The translations under genes were made by a program, and so were the position numbers. 40,636 nt of DNA from Candidatus Omnitrophica bacterium CG11_big_fil_rev_8_21_14_0_20_64_10 (GTDB lineage Bacteria; Omnitrophota; Gorgyraeia; 1-14-0-20-64-10). Where the stretch lies: contig PCVW01000069.1 of assembly GCA_002787095.1 (NCBI GenBank), positions 12,611 through 53,246 of the forward strand, given 5' to 3'. Shown piece by piece: positions 18,353 through 25,533 of this stretch. Below the pieces are notes generated by a model. It worked only from the letters and a program-made list of their open reading frames with translations, was not told the origin of the DNA and searched no databases. Every line of letters starts with the position of its first letter. Position 1 is the stretch's first letter.

Positions 18353-18786
18353 TTTGACGCCCCCTTTGCTTTCTTACCTTTTGCATTCCCCATAATCGTC
18401 GGACAGAGCGCTTTACCGGTAAGCCGGGTGCCAGGCCTCCGCGATCGGCTCAAGGCCGTGCGGATTCGGGATCGGACCGCGTTTAAATCAGAAATCTTTT
18501 GAGCCAACTCGGCCAACTTCGATTTCAGAACCTGCCGAACGTGCCCGCAGGGGCACGACCCCCGGTCTGAGAGATCCAGGATCTCCCGGATCTCGTCCAG
18601 TTTTAATCCCAGGTGTTGCGCCTTCTTGATGAACTGAATCCGCTCGGTAATCCCCGGCCCGTGCAATCGGTAGCCGGAGAATGTCCTCTTTGCTTTTGGG
18701 AGCAGCCCTTCTTTCTCGTAGAATCGGACTGTCCAGGCATCCACCTGTGCTTCCCGCGCGATCTGTCCCACAGTCAATCCGTTCAT
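18349..18786 (-). CDS. MerR-family heavy-metal-responsive transcriptional regulator
   Basis: TVGQIAREAQV..WTVRFYEKEGLL, GYRL, FIKKAQHLGLKLDEIREIL, CPCGH and C-terminal CP. Confidence 0.93.
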   Translation of the reverse strand: MNGLTVGQIAREAQVDAWTVRFYEKEGLLPKAKRTFSGYRLHGPGITERIQFIKKAQHLGLKLDEIREILDLSDRGSCPCGHVRQVLKSKLAELAQKISDLNAVRSRIRTALSRSRRPGTRLTGKALCPTIMGNAKGKKAKGASK

Positions 18787-18806
18787 TCCCTTCCCCTCCT
18801 ACAAGG

Positions 18807-18838
18807 AGTATACACCTTAGAGTTAGCTCTAAGGTCAA
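18807..18838 (-). promoter_or_regulatory. MerR-type promoter/operator (20-bp spacer)
   Basis: On the minus strand, TTGACC (18838-18833), a 20-bp spacer and TATACT (18812-18807). The dyad ACCTTAGAG-ttag-CTCTAAGGT (18814-18835) lies across the spacer. Confidence 0.88.
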
Positions 18839-18876
18839 GGGGGATTTTAGGCCTCCATGAATGACCCTTCGGGCCA

Positions 18877-18905
18877 TTGACAATCCGAAGTTCAGTATGT
18901 ATTAT
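18877..18905 (+). promoter_or_regulatory. Sigma70 promoter for the abiE operon
   Basis: TTGACA (18877-82), 17 bp, TATTAT (18900-05). The ATG lies 7 nt downstream. Confidence 0.75.
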
Positions 18906-18912
18906 TAGCAGT

Positions 18913-19512
18913 ATGGCTAATAAAGTGAATTTGATAGAAGTTGAGCACGCCATCCGGAAGCGTGGGCTCCGATTGTTCAGCCCTTTGGAGCTCCAGCGTA
19001 TTCTGGGCATTTCTGCCATCGCGGCGCGCTTTCTTGTGCATCGCTATGCCAAGCGAGGAGTGTTCCTCAAACTTCGGAATGGGCTCTATTGCCTGGCGGA
19101 TCAGCCCCCGTCAGAACTGGTCCTTGCTAATCGGCTCTACGAGCCGTCGTACATCTCGTTCGAATTCGCCTTGTCGCATCACCACCTGATCCCGGAGGCT
19201 GCCTACGTGATCACCTCGGCGACCACACGTCCTACGCGGGCGTTGACGGCACTCGGCAAGACATTTGAATACCATCGGCTGAAGAAGTCGGTGTTTACCG
19301 GTTATGAACCGGTAAAGATGGGGGCGGAAACTGTCCTCATGGCTGTGCCGGAAAAAGCTGTGATCGACACGTTGTACTTTGCAGACTTACGGAAGAAAGA
19401 GTTGAACGACCGGCTTGACCTGCGGACTCTCAGCGGGAAACGGCTGCGGTCCTATGCTCAGCTATTTGAGCGCCCCTCTTTGCTTCAGCTTCTCAAGAAG
19501 GTGATGGGGTGA
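18913..19512 (+). CDS. abiEi: Type IV TA antitoxin, AbiEi family
   Basis: N-terminal wHTH (LKLRNGLY), PSYISFEFALSHHHLIPE, ITSAT, PEKAVID.LY. Confidence 0.88.
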   Translation: MANKVNLIEVEHAIRKRGLRLFSPLELQRILGISAIAARFLVHRYAKRGVFLKLRNGLYCLADQPPSELVLANRLYEPSYISFEFALSHHHLIPEAAYVITSATTRPTRALTALGKTFEYHRLKKSVFTGYEPVKMGAETVLMAVPEKAVIDTLYFADLRKKELNDRLDLRTLSGKRLRSYAQLFERPSLLQLLKKVMG

Positions 19513-20237
19513 TTACTGTCGAGACGATCCAGAAGCTGGCCACACAGCACCAAACGACGGCCATCAACATCGCCCGAGAGTACTGCCAGCACCTGTTCTT
19601 GTCGGCGTTCTATCAACGCCATGCGGCTGACCGGGTGCTCTTTAAAGGGGGGACGGCGCTTCGCATCATCTACGGCAGCCCACGATTCTCCGAGGACTTG
19701 GACTTCTCTGGGTTTGGGATCCGAAAGCCAGCGATCGAGGAGCTCATCACGGATACCTTGAGCGCTGTCGAGCGGGTCGGCGTATCCATTGACATTGAAG
19801 AGGCCAAGGCAACCAGCGGAGGGTATTTGGGGATCATCCATTACCGGTTCGAGGATTACCGGGTTGAGATCCGATTGGAAATCTCCCTGCGGGATCGGGG
19901 GACGGTGAAGCCGGAGACGGCGCTGATTGCCGGGGATTTCCTGCCGGCCTACACGTTGCTGCACCTGCCGCAGGAACTGCTGGTAGAGGAAAAGCTCAAA
20001 GCCCTGCTGGACCGCGCCAAGCCGAGAGACTTCTACGACCTCTACTTCATCCTGCGCAAGGGGCTTTTGCCTCAGCGGGATCGCCGGATTCTCAAAGAGG
20101 TTCTGACGCGGCTTCAAGCGATGAAATCGGAATCGCTTCAGGAGTTGAAACTGTTCCTGCCGCGAGACCAGCAGGCAATCGCCAAGGATTTCAAAGGGAC
20201 CCTGGAACGGGAACTGCGGCGCTATCTGGGCAAATAG
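19509..20237 (+). CDS. abiEii: Type IV TA toxin, AbiEii/AbiGii nucleotidyltransferase family
   Basis: FKGGTALRIIYGSPRFSEDLDFS, EKLKALLDR, RDFYDLY; GTGA coupling to the antitoxin. Confidence 0.92.
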   Translation: MITVETIQKLATQHQTTAINIAREYCQHLFLSAFYQRHAADRVLFKGGTALRIIYGSPRFSEDLDFSGFGIRKPAIEELITDTLSAVERVGVSIDIEEAKATSGGYLGIIHYRFEDYRVEIRLEISLRDRGTVKPETALIAGDFLPAYTLLHLPQELLVEEKLKALLDRAKPRDFYDLYFILRKGLLPQRDRRILKEVLTRLQAMKSESLQELKLFLPRDQQAIAKDFKGTLERELRRYLGK

Positions 20238-20241
20238 GACA

Positions 20242-20271
20242 CTGACAAACCGCATGCCAAACGGCTATAAT
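20242..20271 (+). promoter_or_regulatory. Sigma70 promoter for tRNA-Thr
   Basis: CTGACA (20242-47), 18 bp, TATAAT (20266-71); 9 nt before the tRNA. Confidence 0.6.
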
Positions 20272-20280
20272 TCTCACAAC

Positions 20281-20352
20281 GCCGGCGTAGCTCAATGGTA
20301 GAGCACCGCTTTCGTAAAGCGGGGGTTGGAGGTTCAATCCCTCTCGCCGGCT
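20281..20352 (+). tRNA. tRNA-Thr(CGT)
   Basis: Cloverleaf: acceptor GCCGGCG/CGCCGGC, D arm GCTC/GAGC, anticodon stem CCGCT/AGCGG with loop TTCGTAA, T arm GGAGG-TTCAATC-CCTCT. CCA is not encoded. Confidence 0.96.
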
Positions 20353-20366
20353 TAAGCTTCTTTCGT

Positions 20367-20642
20367 CGTGCTAACAAGGTGCTAACAGAACAGGCCGAAC
20401 CGGCGTGAACCAGGGTGAAGCAAGGGCAAGATGGGATCGGCGCATGTCCTACCCACGTCAACGATTAGGGAACAAGGGCAATCAGGACGGAAACACCGAG
20501 GGGATTTCGTAATGAGCGGGTCATGCCGGCGGATTCTCTCCCCGACATGGCCCCTTCTCTTGCCCCCTCAATCGGTTAGGACATTCTCGCCTCCACGCCC
20601 AGTTGGCCATCCTGGCTCCGTGCTAACACGGTGCTAACAGAA
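20367..20642 (+). repeat. Paired tandem repeats GTGCTAACA (probable integrase arm-type sites)
   Basis: CGTGCTAACAaGGTGCTAACAGAA (20367-20390) and CGTGCTAACAcGGTGCTAACAGAA (20619-20642) are 23/24 identical. Each holds two 9-mers 11 bp apart. Confidence 0.8.
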
Positions 20643-20800
20643 TTTTCCAAGGCCGGGAACTGCGCAAACTATCCAATCCCGGCAATAGGAGTGCGACGGA
20701 GCGGTAGCCTCTGGCTTTGAATGAGTTACGTTGATCGCGGTTGGCTGGCGGCATTGCCGAAATCCAAATGATTTCGGAAAAAATGAGGAGGTGAGGGGCG

Positions 20801-21427
20801 TTGTGGAAGAAGCGAACGGTTGAAGAATCCTACGGCCTGAGCATCTTCGACCTCAAGAAGGGTCGGCTGCTGGAAAAAGAGGCCGGCGACTGGTGGAGCC
20901 GGAAATCCAACGGATTGACCCTTCTTTGCACGCAGGTAGCGATCAATCGGCCGCTCTGGCCAACGACCCTGATCATCAATGCTACGCTGACCGATGCCCT
21001 GGGCAGGGAACATCCTTTTGAAAGACGCGAAGTCCAAATGACGTCCACACCCTGCCGGTTTGGAAACCAACGCTGGTGGTTTGTCTGCCCGGGGAAACGT
21101 TGCGGCCGTCGAGTAGCGAAGCTTTACCTCCCGCCCGGGCAGAACCAATACTTGTGCCGGCACTGCCATGAGCTGACCTACGAAGCCCGCCAAGGACACA
21201 GGGACGGCATGGATACCGCCAGAAGGTATGCTCGTTACCGTAAACGGTGGGAAGCCGCCCGCACAACCCGGCAGAAAATGGAGTGGTCTCTCAAGCTCTT
21301 CCAGGCCCTGGATGGTTTGCAAGCTTACCAACGCGCTTATCACCAACGCGCCATGGAGCGGATCGCCCGCCTGAAGAAAGCCGCCGGTATCAAGGGCGAG
21401 CCGGACATCTCCTCCACCAAGCTCTGA
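20801..21427 (+). CDS. Hypothetical zinc-finger-like protein of mobile elements
   Basis: TPCRFGNQRWWFVCPGKRCGRRVAKLY...YLCRHCHELTY; AGGAGG upstream of the TTG start. Confidence 0.72.
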   Translation: MWKKRTVEESYGLSIFDLKKGRLLEKEAGDWWSRKSNGLTLLCTQVAINRPLWPTTLIINATLTDALGREHPFERREVQMTSTPCRFGNQRWWFVCPGKRCGRRVAKLYLPPGQNQYLCRHCHELTYEARQGHRDGMDTARRYARYRKRWEAARTTRQKMEWSLKLFQALDGLQAYQRAYHQRAMERIARLKKAAGIKGEPDISSTKL

Positions 21428-21481
21428 GACTCCGCACCTCGGGAAGACGCGCTTACCTGTTTCCTTGGTTTCCGAAGTACA

Positions 21482-22165
21482 ATGGACAGCAGAATGGAAA
21501 AGGGTATACCGCTGGAGGATCCGGGGGATTACCTTCTGGATCCGGTTTTGGCCGAGGTCAAGCATCGCCGCAGGCGGCTGCGAGCCGAGATGTTAGGTAT
21601 CCCGCTGATCAAGGGCATCTCGGATCCGGATGAAGAGACCCCTCCGCATGGCTCTGCTTCCAGGGCCGGTGGAAAAACCGGAAAGAGATCTGGCCGCCGA
21701 GCGGCTGCTCCGAAAAGAAAGAGAGGGTCTTCCAGCGAATTCTGCGACGCGACCTTTGAGCTCTTCAACGGCCGGAACAACCCGTACTTCAGGGTGACCG
21801 GGGGCTCAAGAAGGCGGGCCAAGCACGTGGGGCCCTCCCAATACAAGATTCTACTCCGCTTGGCCCAGCAGATGCGTCAGGATGGCCGCAGGCGGGGTAT
21901 CCCTGACGATCGGTGGGGATACGTGGAGCGGGCGGAGCTGATCGGCCTGATTGCCGACCGCTCCGGCCTTGAAGGAAACGCCGAGGGGAATTTCAAGACC
22001 ATCCTCTTTCGGCTCCGAAAGAACCTCGTCCCAGCCATCCGAGCGGTAGGAGGAAAGGCCGAGGAGCGTTTCATCATTCAGAACGCCGCCCCTTCCTGGG
22101 CCGAGAAGCGCAGTCTCTACCGCCTGACCATCCGCCCGGAGAACATCGAGCTCCCCCGCTCCTGA
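21482..22165 (+). CDS. Hypothetical protein, possible C-terminal winged-helix DNA-binding domain
   Basis: 227-aa ORF with a basic linker; the C-terminal part (ILLRLA..GYVERAELI..FKTILFRLRKNL..IQN..YRL) resembles a wHTH. Confidence 0.55.
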   Translation: MDSRMEKGIPLEDPGDYLLDPVLAEVKHRRRRLRAEMLGIPLIKGISDPDEETPPHGSASRAGGKTGKRSGRRAAAPKRKRGSSSEFCDATFELFNGRNNPYFRVTGGSRRRAKHVGPSQYKILLRLAQQMRQDGRRRGIPDDRWGYVERAELIGLIADRSGLEGNAEGNFKTILFRLRKNLVPAIRAVGGKAEERFIIQNAAPSWAEKRSLYRLTIRPENIELPRS

Positions 22166-22300
22166 AGCTTTCCCGGCACCCGAAAATCCACATTCCTCTG
22201 TAGGCGGTTACCCCAGAGCGTCCTGCTCCATCACGTATTCTCAGTCTGCTCGCGCAAGCCCCTGCCGAGAAAGGGTCTCTCCGGTTACACCCTCCCGTCG

Positions 22301-22339
22301 GGCAGAGCGCGTAACCCAGTGAGACTGGGTTACTCTGCC
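22301..22339. repeat. Inverted repeat / hairpin
   Basis: GTAACCCAGT-gag-ACTGGGTTAC (22311-22333), extended by GGCAGA/TCTGCC. Confidence 0.7.
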
Positions 22340-22385
22340 TTTCGTCGCCTAAACTGGGATCAAAATCACGAAAGGGGGAAATCCT

Positions 22386-22625
22386 ATGGCCAAAGCAAAT
22401 TGGACAACCGAAAACACGGCGCCAACACCTGGCCCGACGGTTCTGACGAGCGGTGAGTTGGCGGAAGTTTTGGGCATCCGGCACCACCAGTTGGTCTATC
22501 TGATCGAGACGAAGCAGATTCCGCCGCCGCGCAAGACCCTTTTGGGCCGTCGCCTGTTTTATCTGCAAGAAGATTTAGCGGTGATTCAGGAGCGGCTACG
22601 AACCAGGGCTGCCCGGAAGGCCTGA
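22386..22625 (+). CDS. Small HTH protein (AlpA/MerR-like)
   Basis: LTSGELAEVLGIRHHQLVYLIETKQIPPP...RRLFY; AAGGGGG SD. Confidence 0.7.
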   Translation: MAKANWTTENTAPTPGPTVLTSGELAEVLGIRHHQLVYLIETKQIPPPRKTLLGRRLFYLQEDLAVIQERLRTRAARKA

Positions 22626-22954
22626 TGTCTTGGGGTAGGCGTCGGCAGCGGCCTAAGAGCCCGCCGTTCGTCATGGTCCAGAAGGCGATGCTCCGCAGCC
22701 CAGAGTGGAAGGCGCTGACCAACAGCGAGCGGATCGTCTGGATCCACCTGAAGGCTGATTTCCGTGGACATAACGAGAGTTCGCTTCGTCTTAGCTACGT
22801 CTCGTTGAAGGGGATCATGGCGCCGGCTACCGCCTCGAAGGCTTTCAAGGGATTGGAGAAAAAGGGTTGGATCGAAAAGACGAAGCACGGCGGGATGTTC
22901 AGATACTACTGCACCTATCGACTGACAGGACCTTTTTCAAAGCTTCCAGGATAG
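22625..22954 (+). CDS. Winged-helix protein (phage replication-initiator N-terminal-like)
   Basis: FVMVQKAMLRSPEWKALT..ERIVWIHL...LSY..L...TASKAFKGLEKKGWIEK; TGATG coupling to the upstream gene. Confidence 0.6.
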   Translation: MSWGRRRQRPKSPPFVMVQKAMLRSPEWKALTNSERIVWIHLKADFRGHNESSLRLSYVSLKGIMAPATASKAFKGLEKKGWIEKTKHGGMFRYYCTYRLTGPFSKLPG

Positions 22955-22991
22955 ACGAAAGGCGACAGAGGCATGGAGAATCTAAAAAGGG

Positions 22992-23118
22992 TTCAGAATC
23001 TGAAGCGTCGCTCCGACGACGGCCGTGCTCATGACGGTTCAGTTTCTGAAGTGTCAGCCCGCTTTGGACTGGGTGGATCGCTTCAGATTATGAAGTGTTA
23101 CGTTTCAGAAACTGTAGT
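22992..23118. repeat. Four phased palindromic repeats TTCAG-N3-CTGAAG (iteron/operator-like)
   Basis: TTCAGAATCTGAAGC (22992), TTCAGTTTCTGAAGT (23038), TTCAGATTATGAAGT (23082), TTCAGAAACTGTAGT (23104). Confidence 0.75.
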
Positions 23119-23135
23119 TGAGGTCTGCGATTTCC

Positions 23136-23327
23136 ATGGAAAAACCCGCAGCACCTGTTGAAAAGCTGGTGGACGTCCGGGAGATGTCCCGGATCCTGAA
23201 CGTGCCGGTCTCTTGGCTGTACGAGCGGACCCGGCTGGGGACAATCCCGTGCATCCGGATCGGCAAGTACGTCCGGTTCGAGCCGCTGGAGGTACTGGCG
23301 TTCTTCCGGAAGCAAAGGGCCGAATGA
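23136..23327 (+). CDS. Excisionase-like HTH protein
   Basis: LVDVREMSRILNVPVSWLYERTRLGTIPCIRIGKYVRF; immediately upstream of the integrase. Confidence 0.85.
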   Translation: MEKPAAPVEKLVDVREMSRILNVPVSWLYERTRLGTIPCIRIGKYVRFEPLEVLAFFRKQRAE

Positions 23328-23410
23328 ATAAGCCGACGGTGGCAACACCTTTTCTGCTTGATAAATTCCGACATTTCCGGCTCTCTCTCCCTGGAAGGAG
23401 GGAGTAGACC

Positions 23411-24622
23411 GTGGCACAAGGGAGCATCATCTGGCGGTGTCGGCAGTGCGGGAGCAGGGCTGCAGGGGCCTGTGAGCACCCGAGGGCCGGCTATTACATC
23501 GCCTATCGAGTTGGAAAGAAGCAGAAGTGGGAGGCGGTCGGCCGCAATAAGAAGGTGGCTGAGCGCCGGCTGGCCGAGGTCATGGCCCAACTCCACTCCG
23601 GCACGTTTCGATCGGTTCAACAGATCACTTTCGAAGAGTTCTCCAAGAAATGGCTGAAAGATTACTCGTCATCCAGGGTTAAACCGACCACCTATCGGTC
23701 GTATCGGGGCATGGTGAAGTGGCATCTGGGGCCGGTCTTCGGCTCACAGCGCCTCACCGACATCACCCCCGACCAGGTGCAGGCGTACATGGCGAAATCA
23801 CTCCGGGAGAAGCCAAATTCGCCCGCGACCATCAACAAAACGCTGGTTCTGTTGAAGCAGGTCTTAAAACACGCCAGGCAATGGGGATATTTGCGGGAGA
23901 ACCCCGCTGAGGACATCAAACATGCCAGGGTCGAGTTGATCGAGATGGATTACTTGAAACCAGACGAGGTTTGCCTCTTGTTAAAACATTCAGACGAACC
24001 GTACCGAACGCTCTTCCTGACGGCCGCTCTCACGGGAATGCGGATGGGAGAACTTCTGGCGTTGCAGTGGGGAGACATCGACTGGAATGCCAACCGGATT
24101 TATGTCCGGCGCAGCATCTTCTGGTATCTGAAGCGGGAGGCGGAAGAGCTTGGTCAAGAGGAATCAGATCTTTGGCGTTTCACCTCCCCGAAATCCAAGC
24201 GCTCCAAGAGGGCCATCATCATGTCCCCCGGTCTGAAGGAAACGCTGGAGATCCACCGGCTTCAATGTCCGGCAAGCCCGCATGATCTTGTCTTTTGCAC
24301 TCCGAAGGGAACTCCCTTGCAGTACCGAAACCTGATCCGGCGTGAGTTTGAACCGGCCTTAGCCCGAGCAGGCCTCCGGAAGATCCGATTCCACGATTTG
24401 CGACACACCTACACGTCGCTTCTCATCGCCCAGGGAGCGCACGCCAAATTCATCCAATCGCAACTCGGCCATGCTTCCATCCAAACTACCCTCGATCGAT
24501 ATGGGCATCTCCTTCCTGAGACCCAAGTCGGAACCGGCGAGCGTCTTGATGCCCAGCTCTTCGGAGCAGCGCAGAAGTCAGACGGCAGTCAGGCATCAGA
24601 CTTGACAATGGTCCAAAGATGA
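23411..24622 (+). CDS. int: Tyrosine recombinase / phage integrase
   Basis: TGMRMGELLALQW (R), PKS (K), FHDLRHTY (HxxR), LGHASIQTTLDRYGH (H, Y); N-terminal arm and core-binding regions; GGAGGGAG SD. Confidence 0.95.
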   Translation: MAQGSIIWRCRQCGSRAAGACEHPRAGYYIAYRVGKKQKWEAVGRNKKVAERRLAEVMAQLHSGTFRSVQQITFEEFSKKWLKDYSSSRVKPTTYRSYRGMVKWHLGPVFGSQRLTDITPDQVQAYMAKSLREKPNSPATINKTLVLLKQVLKHARQWGYLRENPAEDIKHARVELIEMDYLKPDEVCLLLKHSDEPYRTLFLTAALTGMRMGELLALQWGDIDWNANRIYVRRSIFWYLKREAEELGQEESDLWRFTSPKSKRSKRAIIMSPGLKETLEIHRLQCPASPHDLVFCTPKGTPLQYRNLIRREFEPALARAGLRKIRFHDLRHTYTSLLIAQGAHAKFIQSQLGHASIQTTLDRYGHLLPETQVGTGERLDAQLFGAAQKSDGSQASDLTMVQR

Positions 24623-24640
24623 TGGCTCCACGATTGACAC

Positions 24641-24655
24641 TTCAGGAACTGAAGC
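24641..24655. repeat. Fifth copy of the TTCAG-N3-CTGAAG palindrome
   Basis: TTCAGGAACTGAAGC, 18 bp after the integrase stop. Confidence 0.6.
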
Positions 24656-24708
24656 GTCAGGTCAAGGAAACGTGGCTGGAGGCGAATGTGTGTAGCTAGT
24701 ACAAATAG

Positions 24709-24736
24709 TTGACTTTTGGGTTGAGCTGACTATGAT
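24709..24736 (+). promoter_or_regulatory. Putative sigma70 promoter for ArsR-1
   Basis: TTGACT (24709-14), 16 bp, TATGAT (24731-36). Confidence 0.5.
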
Positions 24737-24745
24737 GGGGAGGCG

Positions 24746-25090
24746 ATGAAAGGCGGGCGCTTGATGAATGACATGGTGTACAAGATCAAGGCCGATTTCC
24801 TGAAGGCCTTGAGCCACCCGGTCCGCCTGAAAATCATCGAGGCGCTCAAGCATGGGGAGAGAAGCGTAGGCAGCCTCGTCAAGGAATTAGGGGTCGAGCA
24901 GTCCAGCCTCTCCCGGCATCTGTTGGCCCTGCGGGATGCAGGGATCCTCCAATCCCGCCAGGAGCGCACTACCGTCTACTACTCCATCCGGGACCACGAT
25001 GTCTTCCAAGTCTTAAGGCCCATCGCGGTCCTCCTGCGCAAGAAGTTCAAAGAATCCGAGCGGGTCTTAGTGACCCTCGGCAAAAAGTAG
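24746..25090 (+). CDS. ArsR/SmtB-family transcriptional regulator (start may be 24764)
   Basis: KADFLKALSHPVRLKIIEAL..GERSV..L....QSSLSRHL..LR.AGIL......VYY. Confidence 0.92.
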   Translation: MKGGRLMNDMVYKIKADFLKALSHPVRLKIIEALKHGERSVGSLVKELGVEQSSLSRHLLALRDAGILQSRQERTTVYYSIRDHDVFQVLRPIAVLLRKKFKESERVLVTLGKK

Positions 25091-25112
25091 CCGCCCCCGT
25101 TCCCCCAAGCCC

Positions 25113-25172
25113 TTGACAAGGGCGCCCGCCTGTTATATTCTTATATGCGAATATACGAGTATTCATCTATAT
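25113..25172 (+). promoter_or_regulatory. Sigma70 promoter with AT-rich ArsR-operator-like dyad
   Basis: TTGACA (25113-18), 17 bp, TATTCT (25136-41), followed by the imperfect dyad ATATGCGAATATACGAGTAT. Confidence 0.55.
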
Positions 25173-25201
25173 CTTTACTGAGGGAAAAGGAGCCCTCCCT
25201 C

Positions 25202-25528
25202 GTGAACAATCAAGTCCACCTCATCAAGGCCGCTTTCCTGAAAATCCTGGCCCACCCCATCCGGCTCAAGATCCTGGAGCTGCTTGCCCAGGGAGAGCAA
25301 TCCGTTGGACAGTTTTCCCAGTCTCTGTCGGTGGATCAGCCGACCGTTTCCCGACATCTGGGGATCCTCAAGCAAGGCGGATTGGTGATCTCGCGCCAAG
25401 AGGGTGCCTCGGTGCTTTACCAGATTCAAGGCAAGGAGACGGTGCAGTTGTTGGCGTATCTGACGGAGCTCTTAAAGCGCAAGCTCCAGGTGGACCAGGA
25501 GCTGCTCAAGGGATTTGAGGAGGCTTGA
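25202..25528 (+). CDS. ArsR/SmtB-family transcriptional regulator (second copy)
   Basis: KAAFLKILAHPIRLKILELL..GEQSV......QPTVSRHL.IL; AAGGAG SD before GTG 25202. Confidence 0.9.
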   Translation: MNNQVHLIKAAFLKILAHPIRLKILELLAQGEQSVGQFSQSLSVDQPTVSRHLGILKQGGLVISRQEGASVLYQIQGKETVQLLAYLTELLKRKLQVDQELLKGFEEA

Positions 25529-25533
25529 GGTCC

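Larger units (their letters stand above)
20353..24660. mobile_element. tRNA-Thr-associated integrative element core (right boundary uncertain)
   Basis: Directly downstream of the tRNA. Contains arm-like repeats, HTH genes, an excisionase-like gene and a tyrosine integrase. No attR duplication of the tRNA 3' end was found. Confidence 0.65.

Noticed and set aside
20367-23118. CRISPR array interpretation of the short repeats
   Set aside because: The repeats are too short, few and irregularly spaced, and there are no cas genes.
22973-23161. 62-aa ORF over the palindromic repeats
   Set aside because: Its sequence is explained by the DNA repeats and it overlaps the excisionase gene; coding status is unsupported.
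24622-24745. attR directly after the integrase
   Set aside because: No copy of the tRNA 3' end or of the GTGCTAACA repeats was found there.
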